From Balanoglossus misakiensis (taxonomy: Eukaryota > Animalia > Hemichordata): a DNA stretch of 64,000 nt. This document shows positions 51,012 through 63,935 of this stretch, piece after piece. Below the pieces are notes generated by a model. That model saw only the letters and a program-made list of their open reading frames with translations. It had not been told where the DNA came from and did no database searches. The position numbers and the translations under genes were made by a program. How positions within the stretch are numbered: the first letter of the stretch is position 1; each line of letters opens with the position of its first letter. Where the stretch lies: positions 6,394,172 through 6,458,171 of the forward strand of contig CM082593.2 in NCBI GenBank assembly GCA_040954595.2, written 5' to 3'.

Positions 51012-54000
51012 CCACAATGACAGGTGTTGGGCGCATCTATGGAAATGTACATTAAAAGGGAGCGCGCAAATTGCTCTTTTCCGCGTCCGAGTCACAAGAG
51101 AAACTTATCACATTACACTCCGTGTTAGTTTAAGAGTAATTCAGCGTTTGCTCTTTTTAAAAGTGTTTTCTCTGCTGTAGACAGAGTTTGCGGTGATAAT
51201 TTGGTTTGCGGAGTAAATTCTTCTTTCAAACGAATCACGACAAAAAACAGACATGGCCACCCAGTGTGAATATGTACCACTCTCTTATTGATTTAATTGT
51301 CTTGAGACCAGTGGTGATTTTTCCTCGTCTTTTGTTGCCTGTACAAAAACACCTCGAAAGTTCACAAGAATCTCAATAGCCAATCGGAGATGTCAGTCAT
51401 ATTAGTATCACTGTTGATAGGAATACTCATTCTCGACGATCGATGGTTCGGCGGTTTGATGTCAAAATAAAATTTCTCCAACCATTTTTGCAAGAATGTT
51501 GACGATCTGAAAAGACTGTACCTAGTTTGATATTTTAGCACCGTTTGTTGGTGAACATAATCATAGAATGATATTGTTTTTCTCTCTCAGGTTTTCAGGG
51601 AATGAAACATCGTCCGTTCGCATGGGTCTGTCGTTGGCTAGACCACAGCCTCCCTAATTTTCGGAGAGCAGGGCCTTGGCCGGCGAAGATGGGAACGAAA
51701 ATCTCCGTCAACTTCTCCGGGGCCGTTTCTTAATCCCGCGGCGGCAGAAACACATCGACGCATTTGCTACACATCCGCAAAATCCGATATACTCCACAAA
51801 GCGCTGACTTCGCCTTAAAATAACGATAAAACACGCCGCATTGTGTCGTGTTATTGATGCAACCCTAAAAAGAGAGAGAGCGAAGGAAAAGGAGTTCGAT
51901 CCACCGGGACAAAAGAAAAGTTGGAACCACATAGCCTGACGTAATTAGGAAGGCGATTGCTGGAAGCCTGATCGATGGTAAGTGACTGGGGGTTGCCGAA
52001 ATGAAGCAATTATAATTGGCCTTATACAGATTTATATCTGATTTGGCGTTCTTTGTGCGCCGTGTTCATACCATAATACGTTCCATATCCCCGATACTGA
52101 CACGATTTAAAAGGGCAACGGGAGGAAACACAAAGCATTTTTTGTGCGCGTAGCGTGGCAGTAATCGATAAGAAAAACTTCACTATACTGCGCTGTGTGT
52201 TTGGTGACACTGCATCCACAAAACAGAGGCCCAGCGATCGATTAAAATACCTTTTCTATTAGATCACAGAAGAAAAATCACTCAGTCTTAAAAGTTTAAT
52301 AGGATATTGCTTTATTTCATTTTAGCTCACTCGCAGAACTGAAAGAAAGTAATCGCTGAAATTGACAATCGAAGAATTTTGTCGCCGTGTTTTTTCGTAC
52401 CCAGAGCGACGCGTCCAGAATCTAGGTAAGCGTCAGTGCGTGACACTGTAAAAGGAAAGAAAAATCTTGGGCAAAGAAGCATTTTCTTGATTGTTTTGAG
52501 GGATGATCGATTAATATTAAGTTAAAGTTTCGCGATGTAGACTTTGAGTGTGTGAATTTGTCCAAAAATACAATAATTCGATCATTTCGTGGACATCAAT
52601 TGAAGTAATGTAGACGCGTTGCGTATGTGCACTTCCAGTGTTGACGGTGATTTTTGAAAAATTCGTTCACGCCTGTCGCCTGGTAACTGTCTTTGTGCGC
52701 GCATTCAAGGAAAAAAATCTAACTCTTCCTAGAATATCAATATTCGGCATAACATAACGATGAATCGAGAGATGTCAGTTGACCTCCCAGACGAGAACAT
52801 CAAATAGCACGCGATTGGTTATTAAGGCCGTTTTGCTGGCCAAACCCTTTTCAACCACGGTACATTCGGAGAAGGTTTAGGCCCACTGCAACTTTTGTTT
52901 TTAAACACCGAACTCGCGAGTCTACCGTTCCTCAATTCTCACTTCTCGTTAATATTTTGCGTTTGGTTAGACCTTGTATTTCAAAATTTGTTCCCGTGAA
53001 ATATTGTAGTTTATACAATCAAACCAGTAACACCGGTTTTCATGAGGTACACAGGCGTACGTGGAAGTTGGACTACAGGTTATTGTATCCATCATCGGTA
53101 ATCAAAGGACGGTCCACCGCGGTTGTTCGAGTTTTGCAAACGTTTGTTTTTGCGATACACGTGAGAAAAATAAAGAAAGTTTCGTAACAGGGCAAACGTG
53201 AAAGTGAAGAGTATACACCGATAGAACAGTGTGCTGTATAAGTCATGCTAATGGCTGACTAAAGCCCCCGGATTAACCGTCAATGTAAGGGTAATATTGG
53301 TAGATGTTTCTAGCGATTTTCACGTTCGATGTGTACATAGTATGTGTGTCCGCCAAACTCGTCTCAATGGCGGAGCCAAACAAACTGGCGTGGTTATGTA
53401 CTTCTGTCGATCTAGTACGATGCATTAACGCTAAAAATATGTACACAAGGCACCTTTAGGAAGATGAGCTGACAGAAATCCCCCGTCGTTTTAATAAGCT
53501 GTCTTTCAACTAATTTTCAACAAGGATTCTTGCGTGTTGAGCGATATATTCGCGCCCGTCAAAATCTGACGTTTGAGGGAAACAGGGCGATTCGATCGAA
53601 GGAGGGTCGATAAAAATAGCAGCTACTGTTTATCTCCTCCCTTTCAACTTTTCAAAAAAATGTGACAGACAAGGCAAAAGTTGTATACATGTACTCTGAT
53701 ACGAGTACAACACCAGTAACGCTTTGTTGGTAATAAAAAAAGGCATTCTGATAATAATCGTGTCCCATCGGACACTTGGGACCGAGTGAAATGTATTCAT
53801 CAGCGGGGAAAGAATTACAGTCACCCCGTTGCAGGCCATTGTACCGCGCGCGGAAATGACAACACGGACAAAAATAATTTGACTGCCATTCTGATGAAGA
53901 ATTTCAAGTTCGACGGAAAGCGAAATGCCCAACTTTTTTAATGCACGGCTGAAGGTGACCGAACTCCCGGCATGCACGATCGAGCTGAGAGTACAGCATG

Positions 54001-54189
54001 GCATTTCGCAAAAGATAAATTCTGTTTCTTCGAATCCATCGCCTTCGTCAAACGGTGCGGTTTGGAACATCAAGTTAATTAATACATCGATTGATCAAGT
54101 AATTAATTACTTAATTAACAAAACTATTAATGGGATCATGTACTGTCTAGTGCAGGCTAAAGATATGATATTTTGAGAAGCTATATTAC

Positions 54190-54250
54190 CTGTTGATAAT
54201 AATGCGGAATAGTCCGACTTTCCCAGTGGCATAGGGACGCGAGTTTCCAT
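54190..54250 (-). CDS. Dmbx: Dmbx putative coding exon 1 (METRVPMPLGKSDYSALLST)
   Basis: Kozak-like GCCATGG and donor CAG|gtaata in phase 1. It joins exon 2 in frame (G|GT ATG CAG), giving 1230 nt or 409 aa in total. Confidence 0.6.
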
Positions 54251-55059
54251 GGCACAAACGCACGGCTGTCTTCAGGTCGAAGCAGCTTTACGCGGTAAAG
54301 CCCGTCTGATTAATGTTTAGTTTTCTAAAATATCAATATGTCCATTGGGCCCCTTAACTTAGTTCAATTTTTCACTGCCTCCTCTAATTGAGAAGTTCGG
54401 GGGACGGGCCTATCACCAGTTCGAAGTTGATAACACGTGAAATTGTACTTGTTTCTGCTTTGGTAATTTAATCGGGTATACCATGAGATGCGTATTCAGA
54501 TATTATAAGCAACTATGATTTATTATCGTTATAACATATTTATATTCTTAGATGGGTTGACATTTGATTCTGAGAAAATAAATATCTTTGTTTCAATTGT
54601 GTAAATCGGCCAAAAATCAGGAATCAGACGCACGTCTAACAAAAGGTATCTTTTCATCGATATTTCACAGGATAAACATGGTGTGTACATTTCGCTTCGT
54701 CGATATCGCTCAATACAGAATGGGTTGAAAAGATTTGTATTGACCTGGCTGCAAGCTCGATGCAGACGCTGGATACGAGATCGAAGATAGGTTTTCGTCG
54801 GCATAAAAGCACACGCGATGGGTCTCCGTATATCGGTATGTGGGTAAGCATTTACTTTTTCATTGGTTTGGTGACTGTGTGCGCGTGTGTCTGATACAAC
54901 TGATTAAATGAATATGAAGTGATAACATGTCAGTGATAGGCGAAAATAATTGTGCGTTTATTACCAGTTAATAGGAAAAAAATAACATTTAAGTATCGGT
55001 CATATTCTGGGCAAACGATTCCCATTCGTTGATTCAGCAGGCGTTGTTACAGAGCATGC

Positions 55060-55320
55060 CCGCACAACTTCCGCGTGTCACGTGACTGCGAACAAAGGCA
55101 GACGATTGGGTTTCATCCGCTGGAATGGGATTTTAAGTGCAATCCAACCGTATCCAACGAACAGCCCTGTTTAGTCAACCCCAACATAACTTTTCAACAC
55201 GTCCGCCTACCACACACCTTGAGATCGCGCGCGCGCGCGTGGAACGGCGCATCATGCGCGACCAAAATCCCAAACAAAGTCCCTCGGTCACTCCCCGAGA
55301 TCAGGTGACGCGGAACAAAT
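55060..55320. promoter_or_regulatory. CpG-rich putative Dmbx upstream regulatory region
   Basis: ACTTCCG (ETS-like), the palindrome GTCACGTGAC at 55077-55086, GATTGG (CCAAT on the minus strand) and (CG)7 at 55226-55239. Confidence 0.35.
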
Positions 55321-58300
55321 GTGAAAGAAATAGACAGTTTAATTAAAGGCAAATAACATCTAGATGACATCAACAAAAAACGACTTCCATAAATTTAATA
55401 AGCTTTCCCACCGCTGATATACACCGAACATTTGTACTGCTGTCGTTGAACATTTTTTTTCCATCGACCATATTCGTTCGTTTAGGTTGTCTCGGATGGT
55501 CGTAAGTCAGTCAGCTTTAATTTACTGTAAGCGATATTGTAACTCGGTTGTGGGATCAGAAAGGAGGGCTGGAACGAAGAAAGGGCGTATTTTAGTTGGA
55601 TCAATTAGGTAAAGCCACACGCAGACTTCACAAAGCGACTAAGACTCCCCTTTTGCTTGTGTGACATTGAAAGAATTTCTTCTTCCTAAATGGGCTTTAT
55701 TGTCGTTGACAGTAAGCGGAGTGTTTTCACTGGTACCCTGTCCCCCTGGACATGCCCCCATTCTCTCCGAACCGAAGCCTTTTTTGCATTTGAGGAGCGT
55801 TCAGTAGGGTGGTTAAGGCGATAACATGTTGTCTTAATTCGCGGCAATTATCGATGCCGTTGTAAAGCCGTGGCCGGGGTGATTAGCCGCGTTGTGAAAG
55901 CGACCCTACCCATCGTCCTTCTCTGCCTGGCAGTGAATCGTGAAATTGAGAGTCCCGCCCGCGATTACAAGCGTAACAAGCTGGTGACAAAGCCGTTGTT
56001 TGGCGCTGTTAAATCAGACATCATGTACAGTTTTCTTTTTCAATAAGCAACATTCTGACATTCAATCAATCAATCAACTGAACAAAATTCTTAAATGTGA
56101 AAGGGGTTTGTCATTTGTCCGCGAAAATGACAACTTCGCCATGTTGAGAGGATCGGCACGACTTGAATTGTAGGAAACGGATCCAGGGCATTTTTAAATT
56201 TGGGATTCAAATTTATCATTTTTAGCAGTGGCCTGGTCATCAGTCATGGTTAACACGTGATAGAAAACTTCATGCTAAATCACTTCTGAAAGGATTGTAT
56301 GTTGGTCTGGCGTGGATTGGCCATTTTGGTTTGCTACTGTTCTAAGAGATTCTCGGTTTGTACTTTTGTAGGAAGGACTGGTAATATTTTGCGGTCGAAA
56401 ACTTAGAAAATGGACCAAAGGTTAACAATTACATTTTGTAATACAGTCGTTTTTATGTGGGTACAGTAAAATGTCGCTCAGGTCTCAACCTATCACCTGA
56501 CACCTCGGCACATTTTTTTTTTAATTTTCGGTATAAATATGCACTGAGTTGAGGGGTCCATTCCTACCTCACCTTGGATCAACAGTAGGAAGTCGTGAGG
56601 CGGGTCTCGGTGATAAAGGCTCTGGTTTCTGGTTTCCAAACACCGTGTTTGTTGTGCGGCTGTCCTGGGACGTCGAAATTCTGTAAATTTCCAAAAAGAT
56701 TCCCGGGCTAATGCCTCGCTAAAAGCAGTGTATTATGCTACATTCGTCGGCTGAGAAGGCTTTACAATAAATCCATTTAAAATGGTAAATCAGAGGGCAC
56801 TTGAAAAAACACTCATCCGGGCTCCCTGTAATCCTACAAAAGCAGAAATCGTGTCCACATTATCTCGGCCGTTGTCTCGTCAATGGTGTTGGTTTTCTCC
56901 CTGGCCTGAAGTAGCCTTAACCGACCTTTCAATGCCCTGTAAGAGGAATCTCGAAATGCATGAAAAACAAACAAAATTTCAATATCCTTAACTTGTACTC
57001 TTCCGGGTTATTTTGTATCATAAGTTGACGTGTTAAAGTGTGTGTTTCATTGACTTCAGCTCTGGTGATGTAGTGCAGGTCTCCAAGCCGGGGATTTGGA
57101 CAGGATGCACGTTCTGCGCACCATCTGAAAATGTGGTTTTACTTGAATGCTTACCTTTCCACGCTTTTATTTCGAATTAAAGAAATATCTGGGAGATGTC
57201 TTTTTTAGTGTGACTGTTAGCGCTCGCGGCGGCCAATAACAGAGCGGCCAACGAAGATGGTGTTCTTTCTAGAATCTTTGTACAAACTCGATGCCTAAAG
57301 GGACGGTCGCTAACAATAACACCCCTGGTCGTTCGTCCGGGACCCACAACGGTACGACACATCACGTAGAGCAACAAGACCCGCTCGGCCGGCATTGTTG
57401 CCGGCGTGTCAATAGTTGTGTGGTAGTGCCTCCGGTGAGAAAAGGAAACTGTTTGTTCGGCTTGTTTTCAAACTGAGAATTTGCGCCGGTAAACCCTCAA
57501 ATCCCCGGCGAGGTAGCGGAATTTACACAGGTGTGAATAGCCCAGACCAGTCACCGCGACTCCGGTGGCCTGGTGGTGATATTTGTCGACTGCCCTGTCA
57601 ACGAACTCGCTAACGGCCTTCTCAGTGTTGTTTCTATCCCGACCCCATTCAGGATATTCGTATTCTTCTTTTTGGTTAAATTGCAGGCTCGTTAGTAATG
57701 TGATGTATTTGCTTAATCGAGTAGTACCGCAAACCTTGAATTCGTACATTCGCAGTTTGCTTGCTTCAAAACTATAACAATTACAGCATGTTTGCACGAT
57801 CCTGTCAACCCTGTGAATACTTATTTTAAAATGACCTAGCTGTTTGCTTATTTCACCATGCCCCTCAGAAAACTGAGAGATGCGAGGAACGGAGAAGAAA
57901 AAGACATATATTCCGAGAACCCACTAGGGGTAGGGTCAGAAAAAAGTGGAAGAATTTGACCAAACTGTCCAAAGAGTCTTTAGTAATCGTCTCTCAGTTC
58001 AATAAGAATCTTTCATCCTATTATGAGAAAAACAAAAACATTTCACCTTGTACTCAGTCACAGAGTTTTGAAAACAGTAAGCCCCAAACAAAACAAATTT
58101 AAACTAGCTTGGTATTTTCTCGCTGGAATGCTGGACAAAACTCGCGAGCGCCATATTGGACGGAAATTCCCGTCGGCTCCGATAGCATGAAGGAAGTGCG
58201 GTATGAACTTGAAACAACATGTGAACTTTATAAGACATGCGCATTTCATTTCCAACGGCACCGGTGTAAACATTAATTTTTTTTACCAATTTATATGACG

Positions 58301-58938
58301 ACGGGCGTCCACTATCCGCTGGGAAAACAGCATTTGTTATTTTTAATGTAGCCATGAAATGAACAACTGCTAATTTGCCGAGGTAATACGATCACCTGGT
58401 TTGATGTATTTGCACACAATGGAAATTGTACATTTATGCATTAAATATATATGTGTCCGCGTCTACCCTTGTTTGGCTACGTTGGTGGTTGACGCTAATC
58501 TAATTAGTTAACAGATATTGAATGGTCGCTGATGGGATTTTGTATAGTTAAAACTCTGGATTTGTTGCAGAGTGTTTTGATTTGCCCAAAGTGTGCGCTG
58601 TTAAGGGTTGTCGCCATTCCAGTCATGGTGTCTGTGGACTGTAATAGAGAGGAAGGTTTACTGTTTTGAATAGGAAGTTTTTTAACACGGAGGGGCGGGG
58701 TGTGGTCGAGGGGGGGGGGAGGGGGGAGTACGAAAGTCACAATAAATGCTGCCATTTTTCATTACTCTCTGTCAGTTGGAGCTTTCGGATATCCGTTTCG
58801 TTATGGTATTACCCACAGATGGTGCCCTGCCTCGCTGTTTTGTGTTATCTGATGACTCTAAATGATGTGTACCCGTCTTTCTATATTACCACCTGTGTTG
58901 TATTGCTTTGGTTGTTTGTCTGGTGCTGATGATGGTGG

Positions 58939-58939
<1 letters not shown>

Positions 58940-59017
<78 letters not shown>
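58940..59017. repeat. (GAT)26 microsatellite
   Basis: Directly visible in the sequence. Confidence 0.97.
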
Positions 59018-61283
59018 AGAATTATATTAAGAGTAGGCTAGAAATCTTTTGAGTTGCGTGAGTGAGAGAGAGAGAGAAAGACAGTCAGAGACAGAACAAA
59101 TGAGAAATTATCAACAAACAATTATATCCGTTCGTGAATGCTCGTGCAATATCGAAATCGGTGTCTCGTCTCGAGTTTCAGCGTCGCAATAAATGCATCA
59201 TTAAATGTTGTCTTTTAGTTTACACAAAGACGGAGACATGGTTCATCTTCGATTGACTCGAACAATAAAATGTAATCAACTCAGCCGATTTCAGACATAT
59301 AAGATGGTTTTAGCATCTCAAAATCGATACGGATGGTATAAGGTCGGCCAGGACAAATCGTTAATGATTGGTTTAACACACATCTAAATTTAATATATTT
59401 TCATTATGTGTCATGTTTGTGTACGACAGTTTATTAAAGCATGGCTGTCAGAACGCGACTCAGCGGAGATATCATTCACGCGGCAAATGTCAAAACTATC
59501 GATAATTTCCGCCATCGGTGCAAATTTAGTCTCAAGAAAAACGATAGTGTCATGAGTCTGTCAAAAGGTTGATGATCGCCTCGGGGTTCTTGATGTTTTA
59601 AGTAACGGTAATCGTTGTCCTGGATAGAGTTGACGCGAACAAGACACAGTCACCAACGTTTGACAAACCCTCGCTCGTAATATAAAATCTGTATGTCGTT
59701 AACCGTCATATTTTGGCCAACCAAAACACCTGTGACAACGTGGTTGTCGTTATCGACTTAGAGGTTCTTGTTATAGGAGTAGGTTCGAGACTGAAGAAAA
59801 TGTATTTTTCAAGAAAAAAATGTAAGAGTAGAAAATGTGGAGCTTTTTTCCACAAATCTGTATAACGGTTTGTATAAATTAGGCCGAAAACTGGCACAAA
59901 AGTACATCCGTGCGCGCAGATTGAACTTAGAGGGAAAAAAATCCGGTGACATAGAAAGGTGCTTTGCGTTTGCATAGCGAGAGTTGTAGTTTGGTTGATT
60001 GACAGTTTTTTAATGTCAAATAGCATGTGTCGTGGAAGCCGTTTGCTTACTCCGTCGTCAGGGTTGACCTCATCCTCTGACCGCAAAACGATATGTTTAT
60101 ATATCGACTGGAAGAGCGCCGTCAATCAAGCAGGGGATTTGAACGGCGCTCACGGAGGTGTGCGGCTCTCCGGTAATGCTATCCCGCACGTTCTGTTTAC
60201 CTAACCGCTAAATGCAGCGGATTTCATCCGTCGAAATGGATTTTGCGCTTTCAGGAACAGAATGCGGGGTGACCCGGAAAGTCTCGCTAAAACCCGGCTT
60301 AGCTTTCCTGCCCACTGCGTCCATTATATACCCCCTTCTTTGATGTGCCCCATACAGGCTGACAGACCCTCGCTTGTTATAATTGCCCAGCCCGGTGTAA
60401 GGAATTTCAGAAGGGCAGTTTACCGTGCAAAGAAAGTGGGTGTGCTTTATACGCATCAATTAAGCAAAAGCACACAGTGGGTATAGAGGCGAGTACATCT
60501 ATGCTTTTGCTGTGTAAATTTCGGAGGATATTAAAAGTAATTGGCACCCTTTCGACGGGAATCACATTGTGTGTCGAACACGATTTCCTTTCTCTGGTTA
60601 AACCACCCCGGGCGTTTTTGTTTTTTGAGATCGAATCCACGCCATTTACAGCAGTCTGTGTTGGTGCAAGCGATAAGCTGAGAGCAAGGTCGTTGTGATT
60701 CGTGCCTATTGGCGCCTTTCTCAACTTTTACCGTCTTTCCTGGTCGCGCCCCCGCGGCTTGTTGTCTCTCCGTTCGTTGAATCCTGTCCGTATCCGCAGG
60801 TAGTGAAAACGACACTCCGCCGGTGTAATTGTTGTTTTCGTATATTGTAACTCGCCTATTGTCGGCGGGATATTAAAACGCGCCGTGCGAAGATCGAGAA
60901 AACATACATTTTGTTGTCAAACATATCAAAGCAAGCACCGTCATTGGTACCATGAAATTTCTCCCTCATTACTTCTCCACTCCCAACCCGTCAACAATAA
61001 ACACCTTCTTCATTAACCCGAAGATCAACCTCAGTCACGCCAGGTATACGTCTATGACACTATACTATTGTGACAACACTTGCAACAGCGGCTCTAGATA
61101 ACAATAATAAAAAATACAACAGTTTTGGCCATTGTGAGAATGGATAATACCGCTTTGTGAAGTCCTTTTCTTGAAAATGTTGCTACAGTCTGGTTAATGG
61201 CTGCAGAAATGCTTTGAAACGGACGGGCGCGACTCATGACTGGTACACGATGACTCTCTGTGTCCCAGGTATTATTGTGTGGC

Positions 61284-61603
61284 TATAATTAAGCAATAAA
61301 ACACCCCCAGCCATGGTATATCACGAGATTTTGACCAGTTCACAACATATACGCACGAGCGATAGCGAGTGCGTATATGGAGTTGAACTGGTCAAAATCG
61401 AGTGGTATACCATGGCTGGGGGTGTTTTATTGCTATTATATTATGCCAGTATATTGAAACTTTGCATAAAACGTTTTAAAAAGGCATTTTCTTTAACTAT
61501 GATATATGACTGTGGTATATGGCTAATATATCACGGTCACGTGTCGTGTCTCGACCAATCAAATAGCGTGATTTACACCATCAATATACTGGTATAATAT
61601 AAT
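61284..61603. mobile_element. Palindromic non-autonomous element with two adjacent inverted-repeat modules
   Basis: GCAATAAAACACCCCCAGCCATGGTATA at 61293 pairs with TATACCATGGCTGGGGGTGTTTTATTGC (arms about 70 bp). A second inverted repeat pairs 61435-61457 with 61581-61603 (1 mismatch). Confidence 0.7.
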
Positions 61604-63251
61604 TCACATCATTGCATTTTCATTGCACGGCCGCGCCGCGATCCCGCATTCCTAACGGTCGACCGTTTGTAAGTTGTCGTTCTACTCAGAAATTCATCGT
61701 CTGCTTTTCGTTCATCGATGTGAAGTTTGATTCCGCGGTACGGTATTCACCCCGGTTCACTCACACTCACTCGTATACGCGACTGTTGTTGGTGTTTGTA
61801 TATTGGGTTGCAACTTTTGAATTTCTTTTCGTGAAATTTAATTAAACGGAGATTTGCGAAGGGATCCTCCCCTACAAATAGTTAAGGACACTGACGCACT
61901 GTACTTAATATCAGATCATCAAGAAAACGAATAGTTTGCCTCGGGTCGTTTCGGGACGTTACACTTGTAGACAAGTAGATGAGGGAGAATTCCTTGAAGG
62001 ACGGGGCATTCAACGCAAGTGACCCTCAGAAAATTCAGGAGTGTAAACTACACACAGAAGGACTTTGAATTGAGGGGTGTAGATCATTCACGAGGCCATG
62101 CAGAATGCCCGTGAATGGAGTTGATCTCAATTAACACGATAGGGTGCTACTTGCATGGCCTCACGTGACCTATACAACTACCGTTGGTGACACGAGCGAG
62201 AAAAAATACAGGGAAAGGTGGAGATTACGGCGTGATTGGTGAATCACGTGACTAACCGACAAAAAAGGTGCACCTCGCTTTGTTTTGTGCACGAATGTAC
62301 CTCAATAAATCTTACATTCTCAGAAGTTTTAAATGAAACACGCCCGTTCTGGATTAATGACCTCCTTCGTGAATATTTAACACGTTGAACTCAACCCCAT
62401 AAACAATGTAATGTAAATGAAAGCCTCTATGAAGATAGATGATAATTATAAAACAGACATAACAAAGCCATCAAACATGAGTTATATCAAAGTTCCTTCG
62501 CTTTATTTAATTTTAAAGTCATATTTACCCATAGACTACTGTCTATGATTTACCAGTCTCTATTGGAATTTAAATAAAACATATGGTCACTGAATGTCGA
62601 TATACACAAATGATTCCATTTACCCGTCCATTGTACAGGAAAAAAGCAAACGTTTACAAGCCCACCGTCTGCACAGTATAGGTGTCGCCTGGTCCTAAAG
62701 TCCTCTCGTGTAGAATTTATCGCTGATAAAGAATCGTGTAAAATTATTGATTTTGCGACTTATATAAAGACAGTTCAGTTCTGATCAGTTCAAGACAATT
62801 AATGGGTTTTGATACCAAACCCGAAAAGTTTCAAGTCTATCTTATTCGCCATAACAATCGCATCCACTCTGACGTTGAAAGCCAATAGTGGTGACGTCGT
62901 GGAATTCGTACGGTCGCCCAGTACACCAGATGTCGATGACGTAATGCCTTGGTACACTTCTAAACGATGTTTAACCGATTTAATGCTCTGTCGTCTGGAA
63001 TTTCAAAGTTCAAGTTTTTATAGTTCTACCAAGCCAGAATTTTATGGAATTAGCGCAAATAAATTACATTAAGGTATCACCAAATTTGATGAAATTGAAA
63101 CACCAGGTGAAAGTCATATTTGAACTCCAGATGATTTCTTCATTGTGAGATTGTTTTCTTGTGAGATTTGGTGAAATTGATGAAGGTATACACAGAGTAG
63201 TTCCCTGAAGGCACAGCTTCCGAACGTCGAGGTGACGAAGACGCGAAAACT

Positions 63252-63637
63252 TTAATCCTTACTGAAAGAAAACGCACTCCCTTCCGTCGACACCGACGAC
63301 GAGTGCTGTTTGGCACGCATGCGTAGGCTCTCTATACTGCTGTTCTGCAGGGTTGTACAAGGCAGTGTCAGCGCCCCCGGGAAGAGCCGTTGCCCCATCG
63401 GGCTATTCCATCCAGCGGGCAGGGCGGGCGGCAAGACAAGTCCGGGGCTGGGGAAACTGTGTCCGTCGTGGGTCGGGAACGCCAGAGGCCACTGCATCGG
63501 GTGCTTGAGGAACGACGGGAAGGTGACGTATCTCGGGTGAGACAGCGGGAGATGGGAGGAGTATGGCAGCATGTTGAATTGCGATGGTGTGGACTGGAAC
63601 GTCGGTTGAAAACTATCTGACGTCATCAGGGATATAT
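63252..63637 (-). CDS. Second Dmbx-like paralogue, last exon with OAR motif
   Basis: Acceptor ttttttcccctcag| in phase 1. FNMLPYSSHLP, AGWNSP and NSSIESLRMRAKQH align with FNILPYSTHLP, PGWNHP and ISSIDSLRMRAKQH of the 47427-47821 exon. Confidence 0.85.
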
Positions 63638-63935
63638 CTGAGGGGAAAAACAGAAAGCAGTGTGAACTCTCATGAAAATTAGTAAACCCTTAATCGAAAT
63701 ACAATTTTGCGAATGTGTTCTACGCTAATTTGAAGTGACGTAACGAAATCAGTCGGGTCACACCTGCTTCAATGTATGTTTAATTACCCTAGAGGTAATA
63801 CAGCCACGAGTCTTTCGCAGACGTCATGTTGGATATGAGTTGTAAAAGCCGGTAAACTTTTAGGTTTAAAGACTTTATTTCCATTAAAAAGATGGCAACA
63901 GCATATACCGTCTGATGTACATGTATGTTACTTAC

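Noticed and set aside
51521-51560. Alternative coding first exon of Dmbx (ATG at 51558)
   Set aside because: The ATG frame stops after 7 codons (MFTNKRC*). At most this is a non-coding alternative exon.
61293-61433. Pre-miRNA gene
   Set aside because: The stem is longer and more perfect than typical animal pre-miRNAs and is part of a larger inverted-repeat element. I recognised no known mature miRNA.
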